Source of the DNA: an uncultured Heliomicrobium sp.
GTDB lineage: Bacteria; Acidobacteriota; Blastocatellia; RBC074
DNA length: 64,000 nucleotides
NCBI GenBank assembly: GCA_964470555.1
Contig: CAYYDG010000005.1
Span: 123,288 to 187,287 of the forward strand
Direction of reading: 5' to 3'
Shown here piece after piece: positions 10,349 to 20,757 of this stretch; position 1 is the stretch's first letter; each line of letters opens with the position of its first letter. The notes beneath the pieces are model-generated. The model searched no databases, was not told where the DNA came from, and worked only from the letters and a program-made list of their open reading frames with translations. The position numbers and the translations under genes were made by a program.

Positions 10349-12190
10349 TTACCAGCGAAAAGCCAATCCTCCGCGAACCGAACGGCGCACGCGCGAGGCA
10401 ATCAGTTGCCACGATCCGTCTTCGATGCTGACCGGTTGATCCAGCAAATTGCGCGCATCCACAATGGCTTGCCAGCGAACCGGCAAACCGAAATTCGGCA
10501 AATCCTGTGTCACGTAAATGTTGATGTTCGGATCGTAAACACTCATTTCGCCAGCAAACGGATCAATGGCAAAGACGACCGCCGAAGGCGACAATCGAAT
10601 GACTGTCGAAATTCGCGTGCCTGTGCGATGTGTGAAATCCAGATCGAGTTTGGCCGCTGCCACCTGGAAAAATCCGCTTCGGAACAATCGTCCAGGGGTG
10701 ATGGTTGCCAGGGATTCGCTGTTGAATCGCTCACCGCGCCCAAAGCTGTAACCAAAGGAAGTCGTGACGTAATCGTTGAAACGGCGGTTGTACATCAGCC
10801 GAACACCGCGCGCAGCTCCATTCATTGCGGCAACCTGATTTGCTACGTGCTGAAACGTCTGCTGCATTTCCGGCGACGATTCCAACGGCAAGGCCAGCAC
10901 ACCAACGCCATGGCCAGAGATCATGTCGTAAAACGCAGATGCCGCCACCGACGAATTGCCTTCGCCAAAGACGCGCTCGAAACCGGTTTCAAAACGCTGG
11001 CTGCGATCCAGAATCGGCGATCCGGCAAAAGCGATTTCCGCTGGCGAAGTGGCAAACGATGCTTGCAGATTTTCCGTATTGAAATTTTCAGGTGATTGGT
11101 TTTGATGGTCGGAACCGGGCGTGATGGCGGCGTTCACTCTCAACCGCGAAGTCGGTGAATACTGCACGGCAAAACGCGGCAAGATGCTGTCTCGCTGACT
11201 GGCGACGGAGCCGATAAACCGCGAATAATCGAATCCGTAAATCAGCAACAAAGGTTGAAACACTTGTGAAGAGACGGTGGCCGAAACGGAAAGTTGTTCC
11301 AGCGAATCAGCGGTTCCGGCGCGCAATGTGTTTTGGTGAATGGACGGCATGGCGCTGCCATCGAACACATCATTGACCATAACATCCGGCTCCTGCCCGG
11401 TTTTTCTGGCAAACGCAGCCTGCCCGTAACCAATCGCCGCAGTCACTTGATGCTTGTCGCCGGGCCGCATCGTGGCCATCGCCGTCAATCGTTGCGGAGC
11501 CATTTGTCCGGCTCCACGCTGGCCAATCACCGCCATTTCAAAGTTGTGCCCGAACGATCCGGAGACGGCAAAGTTGGTTCCGTAAAAACCTGACGCCGGA
11601 ATGCCTGCGCGCGAAGCCGAACCGACAGCCACGAATTGGGCTGCGCCGTGAATAACCGGGCGATTGGCAGCCGCGTCCGCCTGCAAAGCTCTTTCCGCAT
11701 CCAGGTCAACGACGTCGTCCACCTCTTCGACCAGATTCATGGCGTGTCGCGGCGCGCCGCGCGCAATCCAGCGATAATCGTCGCTGTCACCGCGACGCTG
11801 CACCAGCGTGTCTTCGCGTTTGAGCGAAAAGTCATGTTTGACGTGCGATGTGCTGTCGAGAAAAACATTCGTCACACGCGGCACAAAACCTTCGGCAAAT
11901 GCGCGCAACCGATAAACTCCCGGCGTTATGCCGGCAGAAAAGCGACCTTTGGCATCCGTGCTGACGCGCTTGAGTTCCTTGCCACGATGCCGGGACTCCA
12001 TCAACGCCACCACCGCGCCGATCAACGGCGCGCCGCGATCATCTTTCACAGTCCCGGAAACAATGGCCAGCGCCGGAGCCGCTGCGATTGCGGCAAACGT
12101 ACGATTGCTGCCAGATTCATTCAGCGCCGGAGTGACTGAAAACGTACTCAGCACACAGCCAGCCAATAACACTTGCAAAGCCTTCTTCAT
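10349..12190 (-). CDS. Carboxypeptidase-regulatory-like domain + putative outer-membrane beta-barrel protein
   Basis: Start re-assigned to [11 protein letters not shown] (signal peptide); [18 protein letters not shown]...STDAKGRF...PGVYRLRA; amphipathic strands; C-terminal aromatic (AFRW). Confidence 0.75.
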   Translation of the reverse strand: MKKALQVLLAGCVLSTFSVTPALNESGSNRTFAAIAAAPALAIVSGTVKDDRGAPLIGAVVALMESRHRGKELKRVSTDAKGRFSAGITPGVYRLRAFAEGFVPRVTNVFLDSTSHVKHDFSLKREDTLVQRRGDSDDYRWIARGAPRHAMNLVEEVDDVVDLDAERALQADAAANRPVIHGAAQFVAVGSASRAGIPASGFYGTNFAVSGSFGHNFEMAVIGQRGAGQMAPQRLTAMATMRPGDKHQVTAAIGYGQAAFARKTGQEPDVMVNDVFDGSAMPSIHQNTLRAGTADSLEQLSVSATVSSQVFQPLLLIYGFDYSRFIGSVASQRDSILPRFAVQYSPTSRLRVNAAITPGSDHQNQSPENFNTENLQASFATSPAEIAFAGSPILDRSQRFETGFERVFGEGNSSVAASAFYDMISGHGVGVLALPLESSPEMQQTFQHVANQVAAMNGAARGVRLMYNRRFNDYVTTSFGYSFGRGERFNSESLATITPGRLFRSGFFQVAAAKLDLDFTHRTGTRISTVIRLSPSAVVFAIDPFAGEMSVYDPNINIYVTQDLPNFGLPVRWQAIVDARNLLDQPVSIEDGSWQLIASRVRRSVRGGLAFRW

Positions 12191-12718
12191 AAAACGTCCG
12201 CCTTTCAAAAACAGCGACCAACGCCGCTGCAGGGCAAAGGGGAAAGCACCAGTTGTTATCTTCAAATCCCAGTCGGTATGTCTGGTGATGTATGAACGTT
12301 TGATTCTGGCCGGATTGTCGAATATTTGCGGATGAAGTGTCAATCTAATCAAAACTCTTGACAGCATCGAAGTCGAGGCGTACATTCCGCGCCAACCTCA
12401 ATACGAAGCAACGAACTTCGATACACAAAACGCTCCTGAGTGGCATCGGTCAAGCGTTACACCAATCAAAAAACTTACTGATCTAGCCCCTGTCTGTTAC
12501 CAGTTTTTCTTTCCGCGTGGGATTGCGCTCAATCGCGTACAGATTCGATCACCGATTACTGTCTTCATAACCTGACGACTGCCTGTGCACAGGTTAATGG
12601 TCGTTTGTGAGTAGATTTATGCGTCTTCCTACCACCCTGAACACTACCACCAAAACAAGCTGCAACAGCAGCCCTGCATACTGACTGACAACCACCCTGA
12701 ATCCCACCAGAAAAATAA

Positions 12719-12752
12719 CCTCTTCCCCAAACCTTGCGGTTTGGGGAAGAGG
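12719..12752 (-). terminator. Rho-independent terminator after the methylase
   Basis: On the minus strand: CCTCTTCCCCAAACC-GCAA-GGTTTGGGGAAGAGG (15-bp perfect stem), then TTATTTTT. Confidence 0.8.
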
Positions 12753-12791
12753 CCCCACAACTGTTTGTCAGTCAATTTCCCAGCTAATCAT

Positions 12792-13679
12792 TCAATCCAG
12801 CCAGTCGAAAGCTCTCCCAATCAGCAGTTCGCGCATTTCTGCGTGATGGGTGTTTTTCATCGCCACCAGACGAGTGGTCAACTGATTTTTCTTGGCCAAC
12901 TCCGCTACGGCGTCTTCATTGTCGTATGACATCAGGAATTCTCCAGCCAATGACGCAGTCACTGTAAACAAGGTTTCGTGGTCTATTTCGTTGTGAGCGT
13001 ACAACCGTTTTCCAGCCTTCTTCCCATCAACGGTATAAGGCGGATCAATAAAAAAGGCCGCTCGCTGGAGTTTCGCCTGCTGGCGCAGAACCGAAATTCC
13101 ATCTCCTTCGACAAACTCGATTTTGTCTTTCAGCGATTCAATTCCAAGAATTCGCCGCTTCAAGGTTTGAGGGTACCAACGCGATTTGATGCCTTTGCCA
13201 TTTTCACCGTGTTTGATAAGCCCCGCTCCGGGCGCAAGGATTCCGCCGTGAGCAATACGATTTTTGAGAATGGTTTGAAAAGCCATTTCACGCATTGAGC
13301 TAGGAGGTTTAGAAAACACAAGAGCAGCATTTTCATGTGTCAGGTCAAAAGAAACGATTTGTTCGGCCAACCAGGCAGCTTCTCCTCCAAGAATGGTTTG
13401 CCAAACCGCTGCTACTTGCTGGTCGAGTTCAACTAACAGCACCCTCTCAGCCAGATTTTCAGCCGCCACTGTCAAGCCAATAATCCCGCCGCCAGCGAAT
13501 GGCTCAACAAACAAAGTCGGGCGAAAACTAAGACTCCTAAGCCACGCTCTGACATAGGGCACAAGCCAGGTTTTGCCGCCTGGATAACGAAATGGGCTGA
13601 GTTGAGACACTGACGCCACGTTGATGACAGACGCAGAATGCTCCAATCCGAACAGATTTTGTTGTTTTAGGACTGGCAT
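12792..13679 (-). CDS. D12-class (Dam-like) DNA adenine methyltransferase
   Basis: FRYPGGK, VEPFAGGG (SAM binding), FFIDPPY (catalytic). Confidence 0.93.
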   Translation of the reverse strand: MPVLKQQNLFGLEHSASVINVASVSQLSPFRYPGGKTWLVPYVRAWLRSLSFRPTLFVEPFAGGGIIGLTVAAENLAERVLLVELDQQVAAVWQTILGGEAAWLAEQIVSFDLTHENAALVFSKPPSSMREMAFQTILKNRIAHGGILAPGAGLIKHGENGKGIKSRWYPQTLKRRILGIESLKDKIEFVEGDGISVLRQQAKLQRAAFFIDPPYTVDGKKAGKRLYAHNEIDHETLFTVTASLAGEFLMSYDNEDAVAELAKKNQLTTRLVAMKNTHHAEMRELLIGRAFDWLD

Positions 13680-13682
13680 TTC

Positions 13683-14558
13683 TCAAGACAAAATTAGATC
13701 GCCGAGAATAGGAGCCTCGGGCGAATTTCCTTCCAGACGCGCATCCAGCTTTTCCTGCAAATGATGAATGAAATCGTCAACAACGCCAGCTTCCGCCGTT
13801 GTGATCTGGTTCAGAGCCGAGTCGAACTCTGTATACACAGTTTTGTGAAGAATAAGTTCATAGGCCTGCCGCTGCTCATTCGGCTTCAGATCGTAAACCA
13901 GCCAAGCAATGTCAGCATTTTTCTTGGCCACTTCCTTCAGGCTTGGCAACGTCACGTAAAATCCTCTGTCAATTGCAACGGCCTGCTTCTTTTTCCAAGC
14001 TTTCAAAATCCCGCCTTTGAAAATCATCTGGGGAGCTAGTCGCTTTCTGGATGAGGACAAGTAATCGGGGCGCGGATAATTCTTTTCCTGGGTCCAATCG
14101 AGATCAGTTACCGTCAAGTCATTCATGAACTTTTCAAATGGACGACGGATATTTCCTGAAATATAAACCGCCTGCACTTCCAGCGAGCCAAAATCCAGAA
14201 TTCGCCCCCGCTCGTCATAAGCCACCAACACGACATCAATGTTTCCAGCAGAGCGCCCGTTCCGGTCATTGAGTCGAACTTCAGTCAGTGAAGTCCACTT
14301 CGATCCTTTCGGAAAAAAGAAATCGGCAGCGTGTTCTGCAATCAACCAGTTTTCACGAAAACGAATCGGACAAGTAATCGTGGCATTTTGATCGTCATAA
14401 ATGCTGCAAACGCCGAGTGGGTCGTTGGCTTTATCTTTCGTGCAATTAGGCACACGGTTATTGAACGGACAAAGCCTGTGATCACGATAGCGATTCGCCA
14501 AATCAGAGTGATTCGTGATGGGAAAACCAAAAACTTCTGCTAACGGGTGATTTGGCAA
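13683..14558 (-). CDS. NotI-family type II restriction endonuclease
   Basis: PLAEVFGFP; Cys4 cluster CPF...CTK...CSI...CPIRF; GNIDVVL...LEVQAVY catalytic D/E-x-Q; TTG start. Confidence 0.85.
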   Translation of the reverse strand: MPNHPLAEVFGFPITNHSDLANRYRDHRLCPFNNRVPNCTKDKANDPLGVCSIYDDQNATITCPIRFRENWLIAEHAADFFFPKGSKWTSLTEVRLNDRNGRSAGNIDVVLVAYDERGRILDFGSLEVQAVYISGNIRRPFEKFMNDLTVTDLDWTQEKNYPRPDYLSSSRKRLAPQMIFKGGILKAWKKKQAVAIDRGFYVTLPSLKEVAKKNADIAWLVYDLKPNEQRQAYELILHKTVYTEFDSALNQITTAEAGVVDDFIHHLQEKLDARLEGNSPEAPILGDLILS

Positions 14559-14568
14559 AAAACCTACA

Positions 14569-16296
14569 TTATTTTGTTCCGCTCGACGCGCCGAAGGTCT
14601 GCGCCATCGCTTTTGCTCGTTTCATTTCCGGCAAATCGGCGTCGGCTTTGGCCCAAGCCTTCAGGAATTTGGCGTAGTTGTCGCGCGCATCGGCGTCTTT
14701 GCCCAACGCCTGCTGCGCTTGCACCAGGCCAAAATAAGCCCGTCCACTGCCGGGATCGCGTTCGAGCGCTGCGCGGAAAAACTCTTCCGCTTCTTTCCAG
14801 CGCTTCAAGTCCAGACAGAGTTTTCCGGCGACCTCTTCCATCGGCACTGGATACAGCGGAGGTTCGGAATAACCGAGTTTGATTTCTTCTTCGATGGCTT
14901 CTTTCAGCCTGGCAATGGCGTCGTCCGCTTTGCCTTCGCGCGCCAGCAATCGAGCCTGTATCTCCAGCGGCGCGACGTTCAACGCCCGAAGCTGTTGGCG
15001 CTGGCGACCGGCTTGCGGCAAATCTTTCGCTTTGCCGAATTTGTCTTTCAACCAGGCAATTTCGCGTTCCAACGTGTCCAGTTTTGATTTCGTAGCGGCA
15101 ACATCGCCTTTGCCGAGCAAGGCAATGGTTTGCGCGTAATACCGCCAGGCCTTGAAGACTTCAAAAACGCTTTCTTCAGGCAAAGATTTGCCATCCAGAA
15201 TTTCATCGAGCTTCTCGAAGCGAACCAATGCGCGCAACATCGAAATGCGTCCTTCGAGCGCGGTGCGCGATTTTGTTTCGCTTGGAGCTTTCGTCACGTC
15301 CAGCAATTCCTGGCTGACACGAATGGCATCGCGGTATCGTCCTTGATAGCCATAAACCATCGCCAGAAAGTGAACGTTATGGCCGTACGGCCCGGCAGCG
15401 TGATCCGTCTCTTCCTTGTTGTCGCGGATGTAGGCGCGATCCACTTCGGCGGAACCTTCAAAGGCTTTGGCCGCGTCATCCCAACGATCCACATGCACAT
15501 AAGTGTGGCCGGGCATGTGAACCGCGTGACCGACTTTCGGAGCCAGCGAGCCATACACATCCGCCGAAGGCACTCCGTCTTGCGGACGTTTGCCGGATTC
15601 GGTGGCGTGAATCATGTAATGGTGCGCCGCCAGATGATTCGGCGATTTGGCCAACACCAGTTGCAACATCGTTATGGATTCGACCGTGCCCGGTCGCGGA
15701 GAACCGTCGCGTTCGTAGCCGGACATCAACGCCAACGCCAGAAACAGTTTGGCTTCCAGATCATCGGGATAAAACGCGACAAGTTTTCGCATTGCGTTTT
15801 GATATGAAGAGCTTGCGCCGAGAAAGCCGTTGTTTTGAATGGTCGTTCGCTCGCCTTTGTAACGGGCTTCGACGGCTTCGATGTAAAGTCGTTCGCGTTC
15901 GCTGACTTTCGGCGCAAGCTCTTTGGCGCGTTTGATCGCGGCGTCGCGCCGAGCTTCGTTGACCGCCGCCATGGCGATTCCCCACTGCGCCATCGCGCAT
16001 TCGGGATCGAGTTGCGCGGCGCGCTCGAACGACCGGTCGGATTCGTAAAACCAGAACGAATGCAGCAACGCCAGGCCTTGATTGAAAAATGCCTGCGCTT
16101 CCGCCGATTTGGTCGTCACCACCATCCGGACGTTGCCGTACCCGTCTTTCAATGTAGCCGGTTTGTCCGAAGCCTTGGTAGCAGTCGGCGTGTGACAAAC
16201 GACGGTGTTGTCTTTGGGAGCTTGCGCGGTTTGCGCCTGAACAGCGAGCGACCCCAAGAGCAAAATACCAACCACTGCGAACATGCGATTTTTCAT
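14569..16296 (-). CDS. Secreted TPR-repeat protein with His-rich motifs
   Basis: Signal peptide; AQAFFNQGL..LHSFW, HHYMIH, HAVHMPGHTY; TPR helices. Confidence 0.8.
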   Translation of the reverse strand: MKNRMFAVVGILLLGSLAVQAQTAQAPKDNTVVCHTPTATKASDKPATLKDGYGNVRMVVTTKSAEAQAFFNQGLALLHSFWFYESDRSFERAAQLDPECAMAQWGIAMAAVNEARRDAAIKRAKELAPKVSERERLYIEAVEARYKGERTTIQNNGFLGASSSYQNAMRKLVAFYPDDLEAKLFLALALMSGYERDGSPRPGTVESITMLQLVLAKSPNHLAAHHYMIHATESGKRPQDGVPSADVYGSLAPKVGHAVHMPGHTYVHVDRWDDAAKAFEGSAEVDRAYIRDNKEETDHAAGPYGHNVHFLAMVYGYQGRYRDAIRVSQELLDVTKAPSETKSRTALEGRISMLRALVRFEKLDEILDGKSLPEESVFEVFKAWRYYAQTIALLGKGDVAATKSKLDTLEREIAWLKDKFGKAKDLPQAGRQRQQLRALNVAPLEIQARLLAREGKADDAIARLKEAIEEEIKLGYSEPPLYPVPMEEVAGKLCLDLKRWKEAEEFFRAALERDPGSGRAYFGLVQAQQALGKDADARDNYAKFLKAWAKADADLPEMKRAKAMAQTFGASSGTK

Positions 16297-16322
16297 AGCG
16301 GCTTCCTCCCGGAAAACTGGGT

Positions 16323-17972
16323 TTATTGTGATGGAATTGCTGCGGGCGCTTCGTCACGAACGAAGAGCATCAATTCGACTCCCGGTCGAAGTTTGTAGGT
16401 TCGGGAACTGGCGCGCCAGCCCGGCACTCCGACCAGATTCGCTTGCTGATCGGCGTGCGCCAGAATGATTGGCTGCGAAATGGCAGGCGCACTTCCCGGT
16501 TCGCCCGGCCATCGTCCTGAATAATCCGTGCCGGGATAATCTCGCAAATACCATGGCAAAGGCCAGTGTTCGGGCGACGCGACATAAATTCCTGTTTTCT
16601 TTTTGGTCGGAAAATTGTCAGCTTCTTGTTCGATCAACCGAATCAGGTCTAAAAACTCGCGGTCGGTTTGGGCGTAGACGTAACCATACGTGCCATCCAC
16701 GTAAGGTTTGAATTCCCACTTTTTCCCGCGCTCAAAGAAATACCCTGTTTCGTTTCCATTGTCGTCGTACTTGACGAAATTCACCGTCCAGGAAATTTGC
16801 CCGCAAACAAACAGTACGGCGACAAAACCCGCAATACAGATCATTTGCCACGCCAGCTTCGACGACAGCCTATAAAGCTGTTCTGAGGCGTATCCGCAAA
16901 CCAACGCCATCGGCACAACGAAGCTAATCATCAACCACGGAGTTTTATATGGAATCACCGAATAGGCCAGTGTCATTCCCAACGTACAGGCTCCCGTGAA
17001 CAACCAGAACCGATTGCCTCGCCAAAGAATGAACACACCGGCCACGAGCGAACCGACAACCAGCGGCAATTCCAGCTTGAGCAAAATCCCCAGGTAGTAC
17101 CAGAAAATTTTGACGTGATCGTTGTTGCTGCGCTCTTCAGTCCAATGTGCAATGGAGCGGAAAAAATCCGTCACGCCCTGCCAATTGTTGAACAGCGACG
17201 AATACAAAAAGATGTGAATGAACACGACGATGATCGTCGCCGCCACCGCGTGATCCAGTGTCGGCATCACGGAGGCAGTGTCGGTTCTCAAGGCTTTGAC
17301 AAAAGCGGCAGGCGTCAATTGACGTTGTTGAATCAGTCGTTTTGCGGTGTCCCAAATTGCCGCGCAAACGATGGCGACCAAAAACACTGCGACAGTGATG
17401 ACCGAAGTTTCCTTGGTCGTCAGCAACAATCCGGTCGAAACCGCCGCCAGCGCCAACCAGTGAAATTTTTTCTCTTCGGCGTATCGCCAAAATCCAACAA
17501 CCATTCCCAGCGAAAAACAACCGAACGACATTTCGTGAATGAAGTAGCGCGAATAAAAGACAAGGCACGGCGACAACGCCACACAAAACGCCGCCACGGA
17601 AGTCCCAACGGTTCCCAACTGGCGGCGCAACAACCAAATCATTGCAATCGTCAAAACTCCGAACAGCGCCGGAGTCAAGCGCAGCGCAAAATCGTTTTCA
17701 CCAAACAGCACCACGGCAACCAGCGCAAAGTAATACAGCGACGGGCCGTGATAATTGGTCGGATCGTATTTGTATTGGTGGCTGCGGACGAGATTGAGCA
17801 TGAAATGCCCGTTGACGCCTTCATCGTGATGAAAGGGCTTCATGCTGAGGTCGGAAAACCGTAACCAGGCTCCGACCAGCAAGGCGGCGACGAACACTGC
17901 GATGCAAACATATTTTTCGATGGACGGTTCAGCGGAAGGTTCGGAAAGCTGATTGATTTTGTCTTCAGACAT
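16323..17972 (-). CDS. TIGR03663/Agl23-like GT-C (PMT/GT39) membrane glycosyltransferase
   Basis: HHDEGVNG, YDPTNYHGPSLYY, YSRYFIHE, PYKTPWL; about 12 TM helices; start set at MSEDK. Confidence 0.8.
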   Translation of the reverse strand: MSEDKINQLSEPSAEPSIEKYVCIAVFVAALLVGAWLRFSDLSMKPFHHDEGVNGHFMLNLVRSHQYKYDPTNYHGPSLYYFALVAVVLFGENDFALRLTPALFGVLTIAMIWLLRRQLGTVGTSVAAFCVALSPCLVFYSRYFIHEMSFGCFSLGMVVGFWRYAEEKKFHWLALAAVSTGLLLTTKETSVITVAVFLVAIVCAAIWDTAKRLIQQRQLTPAAFVKALRTDTASVMPTLDHAVAATIIVVFIHIFLYSSLFNNWQGVTDFFRSIAHWTEERSNNDHVKIFWYYLGILLKLELPLVVGSLVAGVFILWRGNRFWLFTGACTLGMTLAYSVIPYKTPWLMISFVVPMALVCGYASEQLYRLSSKLAWQMICIAGFVAVLFVCGQISWTVNFVKYDDNGNETGYFFERGKKWEFKPYVDGTYGYVYAQTDREFLDLIRLIEQEADNFPTKKKTGIYVASPEHWPLPWYLRDYPGTDYSGRWPGEPGSAPAISQPIILAHADQQANLVGVPGWRASSRTYKLRPGVELMLFVRDEAPAAIPSQ

Positions 17973-18086
17973 AAACGAAAAGTGAAACGGCTGTTCAAAA
18001 GCATCAGCGGTCAACGTAAAAAGAGGCAGGCGATCAAAGACCACCTGCCTCTTGATTATGTTACGGCACAAAAGCCGGCAGCCAGG

Positions 18087-20399
18087 TTACCTGCGTCGCG
18101 CCGGGCGGCGTCCGCCTCTTTCGGGCGTCACATCGCCAACCGAAGCTTCAGCCGGTCCTTCAGGCATTATTCCGTTGGACGGAACCAGCCAGATTCGGAC
18201 TTGCGTATCAGCCGATTCGCCGCCATCGCGAACGACGATGCGTGAAGTGTCAATCGCCGCGCCGAGTTTGCCATCGGCCAGACGATCGCGGACATTCTTC
18301 GCACGATCCAGACTGATCTTCGCCGGTCTTTCCTTGCTGCCACGGTATCCGTCAATGACGACCCTGGCGCCAGGATCGGCTTGCAGAGCCGGGATCACCT
18401 TGTTGGCCAGAATGTCCTTGCAGGCATTGTCAACGCGCGTCGCGTTCCGTTTGAACGTCACGCAGTTGTCAATGACAGAAGCATCTGGACGTTTGGGTTC
18501 TGGCGTCGGAGGCGGAACCTTGACGCTTGTGCGCGCCGTACCACTGGCCGAACAACCACCAACATCGGAAACAGCCTTGACCGTCACTTCGATGGTCGTG
18601 CCGCCAGGAACGCCGGTTGTGTCGAGCGAAGCGCTCAGCCCATTACCGCTGATGTTGCCAGCCGAAGCTGACCACTGGTATTGGACGTTGCCGTAGTTGC
18701 GTCCGCCGGTCACGCCGGAAGTCGAGAAGTTGACCCTTTCGCCTGCGTCAACCGAGCCGGCGCTGACGTTCACATCCAGATTCGGGCCAAAGCAAACCGT
18801 GAGCGGTGGGCAGGCGGTGACGGTAATCGTCTTCGAATCGAATGCGATACAACCGCAACCATCGTCCACCTGAACAGTGATCGTGTAATCGCCAGGAGCC
18901 AATCCGGTGGTGTCAAACACAGTGTTGGCGCCATCGCCTGTCACGCGGCCACCGCTCGAACTCCAGGAATAAACCAGCGCGTCGCCATCCGGATCGGAAG
19001 CCGTTGCGCGCAAATCAACCTTGTCGCCCGCGCAAACCGTGTTGGCCGATTCACGCAACAGGTCGTTCGCTCCTCTGCTGACGTTGCCCAATGCCAAAGC
19101 CACGGTGGGCGGCTGGTTCGGCAACAAAGGTTCTTCACGTTTGTTGACGCGACCAATGGACAATCCTGCGATGAAGCCAGTCGGGCTGAATCGGCTGTTG
19201 ATCTCAGAGAACCAATTCAGGTGACGTTGGTAAGCCGCGCTGATCGAAAGCCAGCGGGTTGGGAAGACTCGAGCGCCAGCGACGAAATCTACCGGGCTGT
19301 TCCGCAACAAGCTGGGCGTGCGCGAACCGACGTAATGAGTGCTACTGACTTCGGCAATGAGTTGCAGATATTGGCTCAGAGGGAAATCAATCCCAATGCC
19401 AGAACGCAGTTCATTCGGAATATCCAGAGAGCGTTCGCTACTACCAAAGCCCTGAATCACGCTGCACCCGACGCACAACGGGCCGAGGTTCATATCATCA
19501 GCCTGCGGATCGCCCTTCTTGATGAAGCCGATGTTCGTGCTCAGGTTGATGTACTTATGCAGGCGACCATCGAATGCGGCAATCACGCCGTAATCGAAAT
19601 TGCCGGTTCCACGTCCACGTTCAAGGCCAGTGTGCAATGACTGGGTGCTTGGAATCTTGACAAGCGGAATCAAAGCAAAGCCGAATGGATTGTTCGGGCC
19701 GGTAAAACGAATCTTGCCGCCCAGCCAGATGTCGCCAAGATGATTGTCGGAAAAACGCGCCAGGAACGGAGCATTCGGCAGGTAATTTGGATTCACGTTC
19801 GGAGCCAGCGCAGGCAAAATGCCTCCGACCGGAGCGCCCAATCCGACGTACACAGCAGTGTCGTTTCCGCTCGGACGAGCGACAAACGGGCCAGAAGCGA
19901 ATCCGCCAAGTCCGCCAACGTTCGGCGCGCGGCACGGGCCAGGGAATCCACCGTTGCCGCAGGGATCGCCAATCGTAAACGAAGCCGCGTTCTGCCCCGG
20001 AACGATCACCAGACGACCAACCGGCAGGCTTTTCGTCCTGACATCAGGCAGATAAAAACCGCTGAGCAAAGCCGGAGAGCCTACCGTGACCACTCGCTGC
20101 GCCTCGAAGTGAGCGAAAATTTCGAGATGATCGTTGAAGCCAACCTGGAAATTGACAGGATAAACCTGCCATCTCACATTCCCCGGATCGCGGTGGAAGT
20201 GATTGGCAAAGAACCCGAAATTGAACTCGCCTTTACGCAATGTCTGCGCATCGTAAACCGTAAAAAGTCCGGTGCCTCCGTTTACCGTAGGGGCCTGGTT
20301 GCGAGGATCATCCGTTGAGCGGGGAGTCTGTGCTTGCGCAATCGTTGCAGTGATAAGGAGCGCGAGCATCAAACTGACCATTTTTCTCGCAAAACTCAT
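18087..20399 (-). CDS. Outer-membrane barrel + PKD/Ig domains + OmpA-like C-terminal protein
   Basis: Signal peptide; barrel-like N-half; [15 protein letters not shown] (PKD); C-terminal VVIDGY...[12 protein letters not shown]; GGAGG RBS. Confidence 0.8.
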   Translation of the reverse strand: MSFARKMVSLMLALLITATIAQAQTPRSTDDPRNQAPTVNGGTGLFTVYDAQTLRKGEFNFGFFANHFHRDPGNVRWQVYPVNFQVGFNDHLEIFAHFEAQRVVTVGSPALLSGFYLPDVRTKSLPVGRLVIVPGQNAASFTIGDPCGNGGFPGPCRAPNVGGLGGFASGPFVARPSGNDTAVYVGLGAPVGGILPALAPNVNPNYLPNAPFLARFSDNHLGDIWLGGKIRFTGPNNPFGFALIPLVKIPSTQSLHTGLERGRGTGNFDYGVIAAFDGRLHKYINLSTNIGFIKKGDPQADDMNLGPLCVGCSVIQGFGSSERSLDIPNELRSGIGIDFPLSQYLQLIAEVSSTHYVGSRTPSLLRNSPVDFVAGARVFPTRWLSISAAYQRHLNWFSEINSRFSPTGFIAGLSIGRVNKREEPLLPNQPPTVALALGNVSRGANDLLRESANTVCAGDKVDLRATASDPDGDALVYSWSSSGGRVTGDGANTVFDTTGLAPGDYTITVQVDDGCGCIAFDSKTITVTACPPLTVCFGPNLDVNVSAGSVDAGERVNFSTSGVTGGRNYGNVQYQWSASAGNISGNGLSASLDTTGVPGGTTIEVTVKAVSDVGGCSASGTARTSVKVPPPTPEPKRPDASVIDNCVTFKRNATRVDNACKDILANKVIPALQADPGARVVIDGYRGSKERPAKISLDRAKNVRDRLADGKLGAAIDTSRIVVRDGGESADTQVRIWLVPSNGIMPEGPAEASVGDVTPERGGRRPARRR

Positions 20400-20484
20400 A
20401 ATTCTCCTCCTGGAAATTGGGTGACTAACGTCTATTGAGTTACTTGATGCTTCCAGAACGAAATATCCGTTCAGTTAAAAAGAA

Positions 20485-20547
20485 CAGCCCTCGTTCCTCG
20501 CAGGGTAAACCCCGCCAGTGCGAAAGACTTCTTACTGCGGAGGGCTG
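20485..20547 (-). promoter_or_regulatory. Long hairpin plus U-tract in the 5' leader of the OmpA-like gene (candidate attenuator)
   Basis: CAGCCCTC...GAGGGCTG closing stem with inner CGCAG/CTGCG and GTAA/TTAC pairs, followed by TTCTTTTT. Confidence 0.45.
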
Positions 20548-20587
20548 ACAACAAAGAGAATGAAGACTGGATACAACTTCGAGCCAG

Positions 20588-20616
20588 AATCTATACGATG
20601 GTTTACGAAGTGTCAA
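20588..20616 (-). promoter_or_regulatory. sigma70-type promoter of the OmpA-like gene
   Basis: Minus strand TTGACA-17 bp-TAGATT. Confidence 0.6.
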
Positions 20617-20757
20617 TTGCAATCTCGTTCTCTATGCAAAGACTTAAGGGCGTTTTGGTGGTTGGCGCTTGGTGATTGGTGGTTGTCAAAAACCTCTCGA
20701 ATCCATCTGGCAATCGGGCAATAACCGACCTCCAACCATCGGACAACAACCACCGGT

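Noticed and set aside
20485-20547. c-di-GMP-I riboswitch
   Set aside because: The 3' part resembles P2 (GCGGGGTTTACC), but the P1 GGCAAACC/GAAA tetraloop elements are missing on the sense strand.
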